Assembly (NCBI GenBank): GCA_964496425.1
Contig: CAZBZO010000005.1
Location: forward strand, 10,015 to 74,014
DNA: 64,000 nt
Source: an uncultured Candidatus Saccharibacteria bacterium
Lineage (GTDB): Bacteria; Patescibacteriota; Minisyncoccia; Phycocordibacterales; UBA9973
Reading direction: 5' to 3'
This document shows, in pieces, positions 26,579 through 35,810 of this stretch; the first letter of the stretch is position 1, and every line of letters begins with the position of its first letter. The notes beneath the pieces are model-generated. The model saw only the letters and a list, made by a program, of their open reading frames with translations. It had not been told where the DNA came from and did no database searches. A program made the translations under genes and the position numbers.

Positions 26579-27693
26579 TGAACGAATACGCCAAAGCTGG
26601 AGTGGACTATAGTGTACTTGAGCCGTTTAAAGAACGGATGATTGCTGCGGGTAAGAAGACAACGACATTTCCAAATAAGCGCGACGTCTATATCAACCAA
26701 GACGTCATGCATTCGCACGGCGCTATTTTCGAATACCGCGGCACCGCGTCGCATATCTGGTGCAACACCCAAGAAGGCTTGGGCAATAAAAACTGGATCG
26801 CCGAGTGGATGTACATGCATGACGGCACTGGCCGGACGCACTACGATACGATGGCGATCGATACCGCACTCATGGCCGTGAACGATGTTATCGCTCAAGG
26901 CGCCATGCCTGTGGTCTTTACAGATGAAGTGGCAGTCGGAGATAGTGCGTGGTTTGCAGACACAAAGCGCGCGGAGGATCTCGCGCGCGGATTTCTCTCA
27001 ATATGCCAAGAAGTTGGTATGGCGCTTCCGGCCGGTGAGACACCAGCACTTAAGTATTTACTCAAGTCCGAAGCACCGATCGCGGCTGCGCCATCACTCT
27101 CTGGTTGTGTGACTGGAATCATTGCGCCAAAAGATCGCCTCATCACAGGTCGCGATCTTTCTGTCGGCGATCATATCATCGGTGTGGCTTCAAGCGGACT
27201 TCATGCTAATGGCGTGTCGCTTGTCATCAAGAAAGCACTTGAGCTTCCCGATAAATTTTTGACCAAACTCCCCGGAGGCACCACACTCGGCGATGAAGCG
27301 TTGATCCCGACACGTTCATACGTAGCGCTTATTGAAGCGCTCCTTGAAGCACAAGTAAAAATCAGCGCGCTTTTGCCAGGCACCGGAAGCGGTGTGGCAA
27401 AAATCGCGTTTGATAAACGACCAATGTCATACCGTATTCATTCATGGCTTTCAGTGCCCCCACTTTTTCAATATTTTAGAAATGGAATCGGCCTTGATCT
27501 TGAAACCTGTCTTCGGACATTTAACTGGGGTGTGGGCTACTATATTTTTGCACCAGCATCGGAAGTGGACCGTATAATAAAAATCGGCGAACAGTGTGGA
27601 TACACGCTCGCCGATATTGGTGTGGTTGAGGCCGGAGATCGAAAAGTGATCTTCGAGCCGGAAAATATTACACTGGCACCACCTGGAGAATAG
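26578..27693 (+). CDS. purM: Phosphoribosylformylglycinamidine cyclo-ligase (AIR synthase), divergent
   Basis: AIR-synthase-related N and C domains with the SSGLHANGVSLV motif. Position between purE and purC. Confidence 0.75.
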   Translation: MNEYAKAGVDYSVLEPFKERMIAAGKKTTTFPNKRDVYINQDVMHSHGAIFEYRGTASHIWCNTQEGLGNKNWIAEWMYMHDGTGRTHYDTMAIDTALMAVNDVIAQGAMPVVFTDEVAVGDSAWFADTKRAEDLARGFLSICQEVGMALPAGETPALKYLLKSEAPIAAAPSLSGCVTGIIAPKDRLITGRDLSVGDHIIGVASSGLHANGVSLVIKKALELPDKFLTKLPGGTTLGDEALIPTRSYVALIEALLEAQVKISALLPGTGSGVAKIAFDKRPMSYRIHSWLSVPPLFQYFRNGIGLDLETCLRTFNWGVGYYIFAPASEVDRIIKIGEQCGYTLADIGVVEAGDRKVIFEPENITLAPPGE

Positions 27694-27707
27694 TGTATTA
27701 TTGACCT

Positions 27708-28679
27708 ATGATCCCAAAAGAAACACTCGAGGCTCATGTGGATTACACGCTCGCGGAGACTCATTTTGACGGCTTAGGTGAGCGACGGCAGGGGAAAGTA
27801 CGGGATATCTATACCGAGCCAGATAAGCTCATTTTGGTCGCTACTGACCGCTATAGTGCCTTTGACCGCAACCTTGCTCTTGTGCCTTTTAAAGGTGCTA
27901 TGCTTACCGCTATTAGCCATTTTTGGTTTGAACAAACTGAAGATATCATTTCCAACCATCTCATGGCCTATCCCGATCCCAACGTTGTGGTTGCCAAAAA
28001 GTGCTCGGTGGTGCCGATCGAAGTGGTAGTGCGCGGCTATATTACTGGTGTGACCGGGACGGCACTTTGGACTTTGTATCAAAAAGGCGAGCGCGACTTT
28101 GGCGGCTTTGTATTGCCAGAAGGTATGAAGAAAAATCAAAAGCTCGAAACACCATTACTCACACCGACCACCAAGTCCGACGAACATGACCGACCGATCA
28201 CTGAACGTGAGATCGTGGAAGAAGGCATCGTGCGTGAAGATTTGTGGAAAGAGATACGCACCACAGCGCTTGCACTGTTTGCTCGCGGGCAGGAAATTGC
28301 TGCGGAAAAAGGATTGATACTTGTTGATACGAAATATGAATTCGGTATCGATGAGCGTGGCAAGCTCGTTTTGATTGACGAGATCCACACACCGGACTCG
28401 TCGCGATATTGGAAAAGTGGTAGCTATGAAGAACGTTTCGCAAATGGCGAGGAGCCTGAGTATTTTGATAAAGAATTTTTGCGTCTCTGGTTTAAGGCCA
28501 ACTCTGATCCCTACAACGACGTCGTCTTGCCAGAAGCGCCAAAAGAAATGGTAGCTGAACTTTCTCGGCGATATATTGAAATATATGAAATGATTACTGG
28601 GAAAATATTTGAAGCGGATTTTAATGAAAATATACAAGAACGTATTTTAAAAAATATCAAACCATATGCAATCAATTGA
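27708..28679 (+). CDS. purC: Phosphoribosylaminoimidazole-succinocarboxamide synthase (long form)
   Basis: GKVRDIY..LVATDRYSAFD motifs. 323 aa. Confidence 0.9.
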   Translation: MIPKETLEAHVDYTLAETHFDGLGERRQGKVRDIYTEPDKLILVATDRYSAFDRNLALVPFKGAMLTAISHFWFEQTEDIISNHLMAYPDPNVVVAKKCSVVPIEVVVRGYITGVTGTALWTLYQKGERDFGGFVLPEGMKKNQKLETPLLTPTTKSDEHDRPITEREIVEEGIVREDLWKEIRTTALALFARGQEIAAEKGLILVDTKYEFGIDERGKLVLIDEIHTPDSSRYWKSGSYEERFANGEEPEYFDKEFLRLWFKANSDPYNDVVLPEAPKEMVAELSRRYIEIYEMITGKIFEADFNENIQERILKNIKPYAIN

Positions 28680-30030
28680 TGCCATCAGTCCGATCGATGG
28701 ACGATATAGTGAAAAAACCAAAGAACTTACGCAATTTTTTAGCGAAGCGGCCCTTATGCGCTATCGCGTGATCGTGGAAGGTGAGTACTTGATTGCGCTT
28801 TCACTTTCCGGCAAAACGCATGTTCGCAAATTCTCAGCTCTCGAGCAGGATAAGATTCGAAGTTTGTATGATCTCTCTTCTGCTGATGTGCTCGCGATCA
28901 AAAAATACGAAGCTACTACAAACCATGACGTGAAGGCGGTGGAATATTTTTTGAAAGATAAACTCGGCAAGACATCACTTAAAGACAGCATTGAATGGAT
29001 CCATTTTGCCCTGACTTCCGAAGATACCAACAATAGTGCTTACGCCCTAATGCTTTCGCATGGACTTGGCAAAGTAATACTTCCGAGCCTAGAGGAACTG
29101 CAGAAAACCTTTGATGGATTTGCCAAACAATACGCCAAGCTCCCCATGCTTGCTCGCACACATGGCCAGTCTGCTTCCCCAACAACGCTTGGCCATGAGT
29201 TCGGCGTCTTTGCATTTCGATTGAAGCGGCAGATTGGGCAATTGAAATCACACTCAATGCTGGTGAAGCTCTCCGGCGCTACCGGCAACTATAATGCTCA
29301 CATGGTTGCCTATCCAAACGTGGATTGGAAAGCATTCACAAAAAATTTTGTTGCGGATCTTTCAAAACGTGAAGGTGCGCGGCTCGAAGCCAACTTCATG
29401 ACGACTCAAATCGAATCCCATGATACCTACGCCGAACTCTTCGATATCATGCGCCGAGCCAATACTATACTCATTGGTTTTGATCAGGATATGTGGCGAT
29501 ATATTTCAGACAGCTGGCTCACACAAAAGCCTAAAGCAGGGGAAGTTGGTTCGTCCACTATGCCGCACAAAATCAATCCGATTGATTTTGAAAACAGCGA
29601 AGGTAATTTGGGTATTGCTAATGCTTTATTTACTCATTTTTCTACCAAGCTTCCGATCTCTCGTCTTCAGCGTGATCTTTCAGACTCAACAGTCGAGCGC
29701 AATTTCGGCGTAGCGTTTGCCCACTCACTTCTCGCGTATCAATCGACGCTGAAAGGTTTATCAAAAATCGCCGTCAATGAAACTAAAATCCTTGAAGTAC
29801 TCGACGATCATCCAGAAGTCATCGCTGAGGCGATCCAGACTGTTCTCCGCCGAGAAGGTGTGGCTGTGCCCTATGAAAAACTCAAAGAGCTTACCCGCGG
29901 CAAAAAAGTCACCTTAGCTGATTTTCATACATTTATTGATGGTCTTTCAGTATCTGCGAAAGTCAAAACTGAACTCAAAAAATTCACTCCAAGAAACTAT
30001 ATTGGACTGGCAGGTAAATTTTACAAATAA
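28666..30030 (+). CDS. purB: Adenylosuccinate lyase
   Basis: SPIDGRYS N-terminus and the fumarate-lyase signature GSSTMPHKINP. Confidence 0.92.
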   Translation: MQSIDAISPIDGRYSEKTKELTQFFSEAALMRYRVIVEGEYLIALSLSGKTHVRKFSALEQDKIRSLYDLSSADVLAIKKYEATTNHDVKAVEYFLKDKLGKTSLKDSIEWIHFALTSEDTNNSAYALMLSHGLGKVILPSLEELQKTFDGFAKQYAKLPMLARTHGQSASPTTLGHEFGVFAFRLKRQIGQLKSHSMLVKLSGATGNYNAHMVAYPNVDWKAFTKNFVADLSKREGARLEANFMTTQIESHDTYAELFDIMRRANTILIGFDQDMWRYISDSWLTQKPKAGEVGSSTMPHKINPIDFENSEGNLGIANALFTHFSTKLPISRLQRDLSDSTVERNFGVAFAHSLLAYQSTLKGLSKIAVNETKILEVLDDHPEVIAEAIQTVLRREGVAVPYEKLKELTRGKKVTLADFHTFIDGLSVSAKVKTELKKFTPRNYIGLAGKFYK

Positions 30031-30032
30031 AA

Positions 30033-30072
30033 ATGTCCGATCAGAAGTTACTCTGACCGGACATTTGTTTGG
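30033..30072. terminator. Hairpin ATGTCCGATCAG..CTGACCGGACAT between convergent purB and a minus-strand gene
   Basis: 11/12-bp stem. A-run upstream and T-rich downstream. Confidence 0.55.
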
Positions 30073-30076
30073 CTTA

Positions 30077-31111
30077 CTATGAAAGTCCGAAGATTTGCTT
30101 CGGGTAATCAACAATCATTTTTACCATTGCCTCAATTTCTTCTTTACTGTCCCCAATCCTGCAATTCTCGAGGACTGTTACAAACCCTTTTTTTAAGGAA
30201 GCTGCCGTATGAGGACAGAATGTATCGGTGACATTGGCAAGACCTGTTGGTGTTACCAATACTCCGTGATTATACATTTCCATAATATTCGGCAGGCTGT
30301 TTCGCATGTTAATTGGGGGCATTATTTCTTCACCAAACTTCTCACGCCAGGCCATGTAGTCTATGTCTTTCCACTCTTTCCACTTGGTAGTGATCTGAGC
30401 TTTTGGGCAAACAATTAACCCGGTTTTATGGTCTACCATTCTTTGGTAAACATCAAACCTTTTTTGCTCCGAATACGCGCCGATTGAAGTACCGTATATG
30501 AAATGTACTTTACCATCAAAATCTTTTCCTGCAGTATCCATGAAATCAAGGACAGCGATGGTTTCTTCCTCGCGGAAATCATTGGCTTGATCAACCTGGA
30601 AAAATAATTTTTTGCCGGTTTTCGCACTCAAATTGAAAAAGAATTCCAGGCTCTGCTGCAGATTATCCGCTTCAATTTCGCGAAACAATGCCGGACTGAA
30701 AGCATCAAGTAACGGTGCAATTTCAAGGTAAAGAGCGCGGAGTGCGGGATTTTGTACCGATTCGAGATGATGGCCCAGTAGGATAACTTTTATAAGCGGG
30801 TGTCTTGACTTAAGATTATCCAGTGCGTTGATAGTTTTTTTTCCGATTGTTGTGTGGATGTCAACAGCGAATGCCATTGTGTTGCAGTTGCGGTCGATAA
30901 GGTCAATGGCCAAATTATTTGCATTAAAGTATATGCTTTCTTCGCTCAATCCCTGAAGAATACTCAATGCTGTTGGACGTTTATCCGGCATAGATGTATT
31001 GCTGGGAGTATATGCCATGTCGGCAGTATATGCCCGGCAAGCATACGTAAAGGTACACATTAAGCTGCCTTGTGACTTAACTTTTTCCATGATTTGTTGA
31101 ATCGCGTACAT
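30077..31111 (-). CDS. Amidohydrolase-superfamily paralogue with degenerate metal-binding motifs (putative pseudo-enzyme)
   Basis: Aligns with the 32842-33828 protein (GLIVCPKAQ vs GIAVVCCPTAA; FFQVDQ vs HVHIDQ), but HxH and Asp ligands are replaced. Confidence 0.5.
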   Translation of the reverse strand: MYAIQQIMEKVKSQGSLMCTFTYACRAYTADMAYTPSNTSMPDKRPTALSILQGLSEESIYFNANNLAIDLIDRNCNTMAFAVDIHTTIGKKTINALDNLKSRHPLIKVILLGHHLESVQNPALRALYLEIAPLLDAFSPALFREIEADNLQQSLEFFFNLSAKTGKKLFFQVDQANDFREEETIAVLDFMDTAGKDFDGKVHFIYGTSIGAYSEQKRFDVYQRMVDHKTGLIVCPKAQITTKWKEWKDIDYMAWREKFGEEIMPPINMRNSLPNIMEMYNHGVLVTPTGLANVTDTFCPHTAASLKKGFVTVLENCRIGDSKEEIEAMVKMIVDYPKQIFGLS

Positions 31112-31289
31112 AATTTTCTTTAGTTTTAAATCGTTAACAATTTTGATCTATTTCTATAACATTTTTCTATTTTTGTCAATAAGGAAATATTTCTTATTTT
31201 GCTTTGTTTTTTAGAATATGCGTAAGATTTCCACAGACTTGTACGGTGGATTCTTGCAAACCCAATTTCCCGTTATAAAATTTAAATAT

Positions 31290-32774
31290 ATGAAGAAACT
31301 ACTCATTATTGCCTTGTTTAGTTTGTCTTTTTTCTTATCCATAAATCGTGCTTTTGCCGCAGTTTCTATTAGTGAAATTATGTACGATCCAGACGGATCT
31401 GACACCAACCGTGAGTGGGTAGAGCTCTACAACGATGGTTCTGGAAGTGTCGATCTCTCCGGCTGGAAATTTGTTGAAGCTGATACAAACCATGGCTTGA
31501 CCAGCTATTCCGGCGGCGCTTCAATCTCTGCTGGGGGCTATGCCATCATTGCTCTTGATCCTGCAACATTTTCTAGTGAATGGAGCGCAGGATCGGTGCC
31601 ACTTTTTGATGCGAGCTTTTCACTCGGCAATGCGACGGGGGAATCACTTTCTCTAAAAAATAGTGCTGGCGAAATTGTTTTTACAGTGACCTATGATCCG
31701 ACACTTGGTGCATCTGATGATGCGAACAGCTTGCAGAAATATAGCGGCTCATGGGTGGCGGCTGATCCGACGCCTGGGAAAACTAATAGCAATAAAGATG
31801 CAGAAGGATCAAACGATGATACTGGCGGCGGGAACACTGATGATGACGATGATGGCAATTCAAATGATGATTCAAATACCAGCGAAAGCGCAGCGCAGGA
31901 AGTGACAGATGAGAAAGTAGAAATCCATGATGAGTGGCAGCTTGCACTCACTGCAGAGTCGTATGGCGTAGTCGGTAGCCCTTCGACGTTTACTACAGAA
32001 GTAGAAAATCTTTTTGGGAACACTGTTCGGCCGGGGCGCTATGTCTGGAATATGGGTGATGGCATAATCTATGACGGTACTCAATATCAAAATGTCACTC
32101 ACACATACGAATATCCAGGTGAGTATGTCATCGTGCTTGATTACTGGCGTACGGGAGCATTTGAAAAAGAAGTCTCAGTTAGGCACACGTTTAGCGTAAA
32201 ATCTTCAACAATGACTATCGCCGCGAAAGCGACTCCCGAAGGTATGCTCGACGTTACGCTCACCAACACTACTGCCAATGAAATCGATCTCACTGGCTGG
32301 CAACTTCTCACTGCAACACATTTTTATAATATCCCACCTTCAACAATTATTCTCGCTAACAAATCGCTCACGCTCACTGCACGCAGTACAGGGTTTGTGG
32401 CAGCAGAAGAATCATCACTGCGGCTTGTAGATCCAAGTAGCAACACCATTGCTTCAGTAATTACAGTATTGCCACCAGTGGTTGCTGTAGCAAAAGTTTC
32501 TAGTATAACTCTTCCACCAGTTGCGATAGCTGTTCCATTGAAACTAGCGCCAACTTCAAATGCTAATTTCGCAGATATTAAAATACCAAATGAAACTTTG
32601 GTAGCTCAAGCAGTCAAGATCCCTGAAACGTCAAAGTCATATCTTTCATGGTTCTTGCTTGCTGCGCTTATCATCCTAGGAGCAAGCAGTATTATTTTCT
32701 TGAGACGCGCACGAACAACTGAGGACGAGTCTCCATCACTTACCGAAGCTGACAAGATCCAAATAATAGAATGA
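31290..32774 (+). CDS. Secreted lamin-tail-domain (LTD) protein with acidic low-complexity linker and C-terminal TM anchor
   Basis: Signal peptide MKKLLIIALFSLSFF. LTD signature ISEIMYDPDGSDTNREWVELYN..GWKF. D/N/G-rich stretch. C-terminal hydrophobic helix. Track ORF starts at 31218. Confidence 0.7.
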   Translation: MKKLLIIALFSLSFFLSINRAFAAVSISEIMYDPDGSDTNREWVELYNDGSGSVDLSGWKFVEADTNHGLTSYSGGASISAGGYAIIALDPATFSSEWSAGSVPLFDASFSLGNATGESLSLKNSAGEIVFTVTYDPTLGASDDANSLQKYSGSWVAADPTPGKTNSNKDAEGSNDDTGGGNTDDDDDGNSNDDSNTSESAAQEVTDEKVEIHDEWQLALTAESYGVVGSPSTFTTEVENLFGNTVRPGRYVWNMGDGIIYDGTQYQNVTHTYEYPGEYVIVLDYWRTGAFEKEVSVRHTFSVKSSTMTIAAKATPEGMLDVTLTNTTANEIDLTGWQLLTATHFYNIPPSTIILANKSLTLTARSTGFVAAEESSLRLVDPSSNTIASVITVLPPVVAVAKVSSITLPPVAIAVPLKLAPTSNANFADIKIPNETLVAQAVKIPETSKSYLSWFLLAALIILGASSIIFLRRARTTEDESPSLTEADKIQIIE

Positions 32775-32841
32775 TAAGAATTTTTTGAGGTAATGGATCC
32801 ACACTGTCTCCACTCGACTTTTTTTATTGCCATGCTAGGAT

Positions 32842-33828
32842 ATGACCAGTATGGAAACTAACCCTTGGGACCTCAAATCTCGCATGCTCGCCGCAATAGC
32901 GGAAAAAGGCGGCTTTGCCAACTGCCACGCTCACTTCGATAAGGCATATTACATTACCAAAGACGGTCTTGATAAGGCTATGGTCGACATGGAACAGAAA
33001 TGGCTCATGTCGGACGATATTAAAAGGAATTCCTCCCAAGTAGAGATCGAAGAACGGATTCGCCGCGGGCTGGATATGTTGGTCGCCCAAGGCTGTACTT
33101 ATACCTGCACATTTGTGGATGCTTATGACGCTGTGGACCACCGAGCGATCGACGCTGGACTCAAAGTAAAAGAAGAATACAAAGATAAAATAAAAGTGAA
33201 GCTTATTACTCAGCCACTCGGCGGCCTGCTCGACGAAAAAGCACGAGCACTCTACGAAGCGATCACCGCCAAAGCTGACATTGCTGGCGGCTTGCCGAGC
33301 AAAGACCGTCCACGTGATGACGAGAACTACGATGTACTCTTTGGTATTGCCAAAAATCTCAATAAGCCGCTTCATGTCCATATCGATCAAGAAAACAATC
33401 CTGACGAACGTGATAGCGAGAAACTTATCGCGGCAGTGAAGCGTCATGGATACGAAGGCCGCACGGTGGCGATCCATGCGATATCTGTTTCTGCCCAACC
33501 AAAAGCTTACCGCGCGGATATTTACAAAAAATTCGCTGACCTTGGTATAGCTGTGGTTTGTTGTCCAACAGCAGCGCTTTCAATGCGCCAGCTCGACGAT
33601 AAAACTGGACCAATACACAACTCGATCGCAAACGTACCAGAAATGCTGGAAGCGGGAGTGACCGTCGGCCTTGGAGTAGATAATGTCCTCGACTTTTACG
33701 AACCGTTTGTGGATGGGGATATGTGGACTGAACTTCGATTTTTGCAGGAAGCCTGCAGATTTTATGTATTCGATCCGCTTGTTGATATTGCATCTACAAA
33801 CGGCAAGAAGATTTTGGATTATATGTAA
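32842..33828 (+). CDS. Metal-dependent amidohydrolase (cytosine-deaminase-like TIM-barrel hydrolase)
   Basis: NCHAHFD (HxH), HVHIDQ, AIHAIS, GVDNV(L)D. The canonical amidohydrolase metal-ligand set. Confidence 0.7.
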   Translation: MTSMETNPWDLKSRMLAAIAEKGGFANCHAHFDKAYYITKDGLDKAMVDMEQKWLMSDDIKRNSSQVEIEERIRRGLDMLVAQGCTYTCTFVDAYDAVDHRAIDAGLKVKEEYKDKIKVKLITQPLGGLLDEKARALYEAITAKADIAGGLPSKDRPRDDENYDVLFGIAKNLNKPLHVHIDQENNPDERDSEKLIAAVKRHGYEGRTVAIHAISVSAQPKAYRADIYKKFADLGIAVVCCPTAALSMRQLDDKTGPIHNSIANVPEMLEAGVTVGLGVDNVLDFYEPFVDGDMWTELRFLQEACRFYVFDPLVDIASTNGKKILDYM

Positions 33829-33858
33829 ACACGAAACATGCGTTTCGTGTTTTTTATT
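33829..33858 (+). terminator. Rho-independent terminator ACACGAAAC-ATGC-GTTTCGTGT followed by TTTTTTATTATT
   Basis: Perfect 9-bp stem with a 4-nt loop and a U-run, directly after the stop of the amidohydrolase gene. Confidence 0.8.
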
Positions 33859-33881
33859 ATTACTTAAATAACTAATTTTTT

Positions 33882-35168
33882 ATGGCAAAACTTTGGCAAG
33901 CAAAAGGCACCGCACTTCATCCACTCGTGGAAAAATATACTGTCGGCAATGATTATGAGCTCGATAAGCGTCTCTTGCCGTATGACATCGAAGCGTCGAT
34001 TGCTCACGGGCAAGCGCTGGTAAAACTGAAAATCCTCACAAGGGCAGAATTCACAAAACTCAAAGGTGGCTTGCTGGAAATCCTCAAGCTCCACAAAGCG
34101 GGGAAGTTTGAAATAAAACAATCAGACGAGGATTGCCACACCGCAATCGAGAACTATTTGGTAGCAAAGTTAGGAGGACTTGGAAAGAAAATCCACACCT
34201 GTCGTTCACGAAACGATCAAGTGCTTGTCGCTACGCGTCTCTATACGCGCCACAAGCTAAAGCAAATCAGTATCGAACTCATCAAGACACAAAAAGTATT
34301 TTTGGCGATGGCTAAAAAATATGAATTTCTACCAATGCCCGGCTATACTCACACTCGCCGTGCCATGCCAAGCTCGGTTGGTCACTGGGCCGCTGCGTAT
34401 GTGGAAGAACTCATCAATGATCACATGCTTTTGGAATCTGCCTACAAACTAAACGATCAAAACCCAATGGGTGCAGCGGCTGGATTTGGTATCAATTTGC
34501 CTTTGGATCGAGAGTATACCAGTAAGCTGTTAGGCTTTGGGCGCACTCAGGTCAATTCGCTCTACGCCGTGAATAGTCGTGGGCCAACAGAGAGTTATAT
34601 TCTTTCAGTTCTTACGAAAGTCGTGATGACACTCGGCCGCCTTTCAAACGAAATGATTTGGTTTACGACGCCGGAGTTTCAATTTTTCTTTTTGCCAAAT
34701 GAATTTACGACTGGCTCGTCTATCATGCCGCAGAAGAAAAATCCTGATGTTTTCGAAATACTTCGCTCCAACGTCAACGTCATCGTGGCACTTCAGACGC
34801 AAGTCAAAGATATTTCCAAAAATCTTATCTCTGGCTACAACCGCGATACGCAGCTCACCAAAGAGCCACTGATCAAAGGTATGGGCATTGCTCGTCGTTC
34901 ACTTGAAATCGCATCTTTAGTGATGGCTAAGGTGAAGCCAAACAAAGAAAAACTCATGAAGTCCCTCGAACCGGAATTCTTTGCAGTGCATGAAGCCAAT
35001 AGACTTGTAAAAGAGGGTATGCCGTTTCGCGATGCCTATACGCATGTCAAAGAACATCTCCATGAGCTCAAAGTAGGGGATCCAGTGAAAGCCATCAAGG
35101 AAGTAGTATCCTTGGGCGGCCCCGGCAATCTCCAGCTCGATAAATACAAAATCTCAAAGCCCTTGTAA
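33882..35168 (+). CDS. argH: Argininosuccinate-lyase-family protein
   Basis: HTCRSRNDQV and GSSIMPQKKNPD signatures. N-terminus parallels ArgH. 428 aa. Confidence 0.75.
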   Translation: MAKLWQAKGTALHPLVEKYTVGNDYELDKRLLPYDIEASIAHGQALVKLKILTRAEFTKLKGGLLEILKLHKAGKFEIKQSDEDCHTAIENYLVAKLGGLGKKIHTCRSRNDQVLVATRLYTRHKLKQISIELIKTQKVFLAMAKKYEFLPMPGYTHTRRAMPSSVGHWAAAYVEELINDHMLLESAYKLNDQNPMGAAAGFGINLPLDREYTSKLLGFGRTQVNSLYAVNSRGPTESYILSVLTKVVMTLGRLSNEMIWFTTPEFQFFFLPNEFTTGSSIMPQKKNPDVFEILRSNVNVIVALQTQVKDISKNLISGYNRDTQLTKEPLIKGMGIARRSLEIASLVMAKVKPNKEKLMKSLEPEFFAVHEANRLVKEGMPFRDAYTHVKEHLHELKVGDPVKAIKEVVSLGGPGNLQLDKYKISKPL

Positions 35169-35260
35169 AACGGTGTTTGACGTAAGATTATTGACATACT
35201 AATAAAAAGTATGTTATTTTGTATTGGACAAAAACCTACATTTACAAAAAATAGAAAAAA

Positions 35261-35764
35261 ATGAGAAAACAACTGATTACAGACCCCAAGGTATCTGAAG
35301 TCCTTGTGGAAGCTACCAGCGAATTAGTTTCAAGACTGGTAATGATTGCAGAAAGCAGGAAAGGCGAATTAGCCCCAAAGAATTTTAGGAAAATTAATTA
35401 TGTTTTAATCTGGATTCCGAAGTTGCTAAAAGAGTTTCAATGGGACCTCGAAAATGACTGGCAAAAACCATTCCACCATTTTTTTCAATGTGTTGTTATC
35501 AACCTTCAAATGTTGTGCAAGATTTATGAAGATGATGAATGTTCCAAGCTTCATTCTGTTGTAAAACTTCACTTCAAGGAAAAATTTGAAGAATATTATC
35601 GTGCACAGGAAAAAGGACGACGCGTCTCATTAAGGGAAATCGAAGCCCAATATCTCGGAGATGGTTTTATGCATGGAGGTGAATTTAGGAAGATTACCAC
35701 CCAGATTGAAAATTCCATTTATTCTGATACAGAGTGGTATAAAACAAAAGGTTGGCAGGCGTAA
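35261..35764 (+). CDS. Hypothetical protein
   Basis: 167-aa ORF. No family recognised. Confidence 0.4.
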   Translation: MRKQLITDPKVSEVLVEATSELVSRLVMIAESRKGELAPKNFRKINYVLIWIPKLLKEFQWDLENDWQKPFHHFFQCVVINLQMLCKIYEDDECSKLHSVVKLHFKEKFEEYYRAQEKGRRVSLREIEAQYLGDGFMHGGEFRKITTQIENSIYSDTEWYKTKGWQA

Positions 35765-35810
35765 CGCAAGGAGTTTTCTTTTGGGGCTACAAAATATTTG
35801 TAGCCCTTTT

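Noticed and set aside
31790-31900. Acidic low-complexity stretch (DDTGGGNTDDDDDGNSNDDSNTSES) as a possible repeat array or CRISPR-like feature
   Set aside because: It is in-frame coding low complexity inside the LTD protein. There are no direct repeats with unique spacers, so it is not CRISPR.
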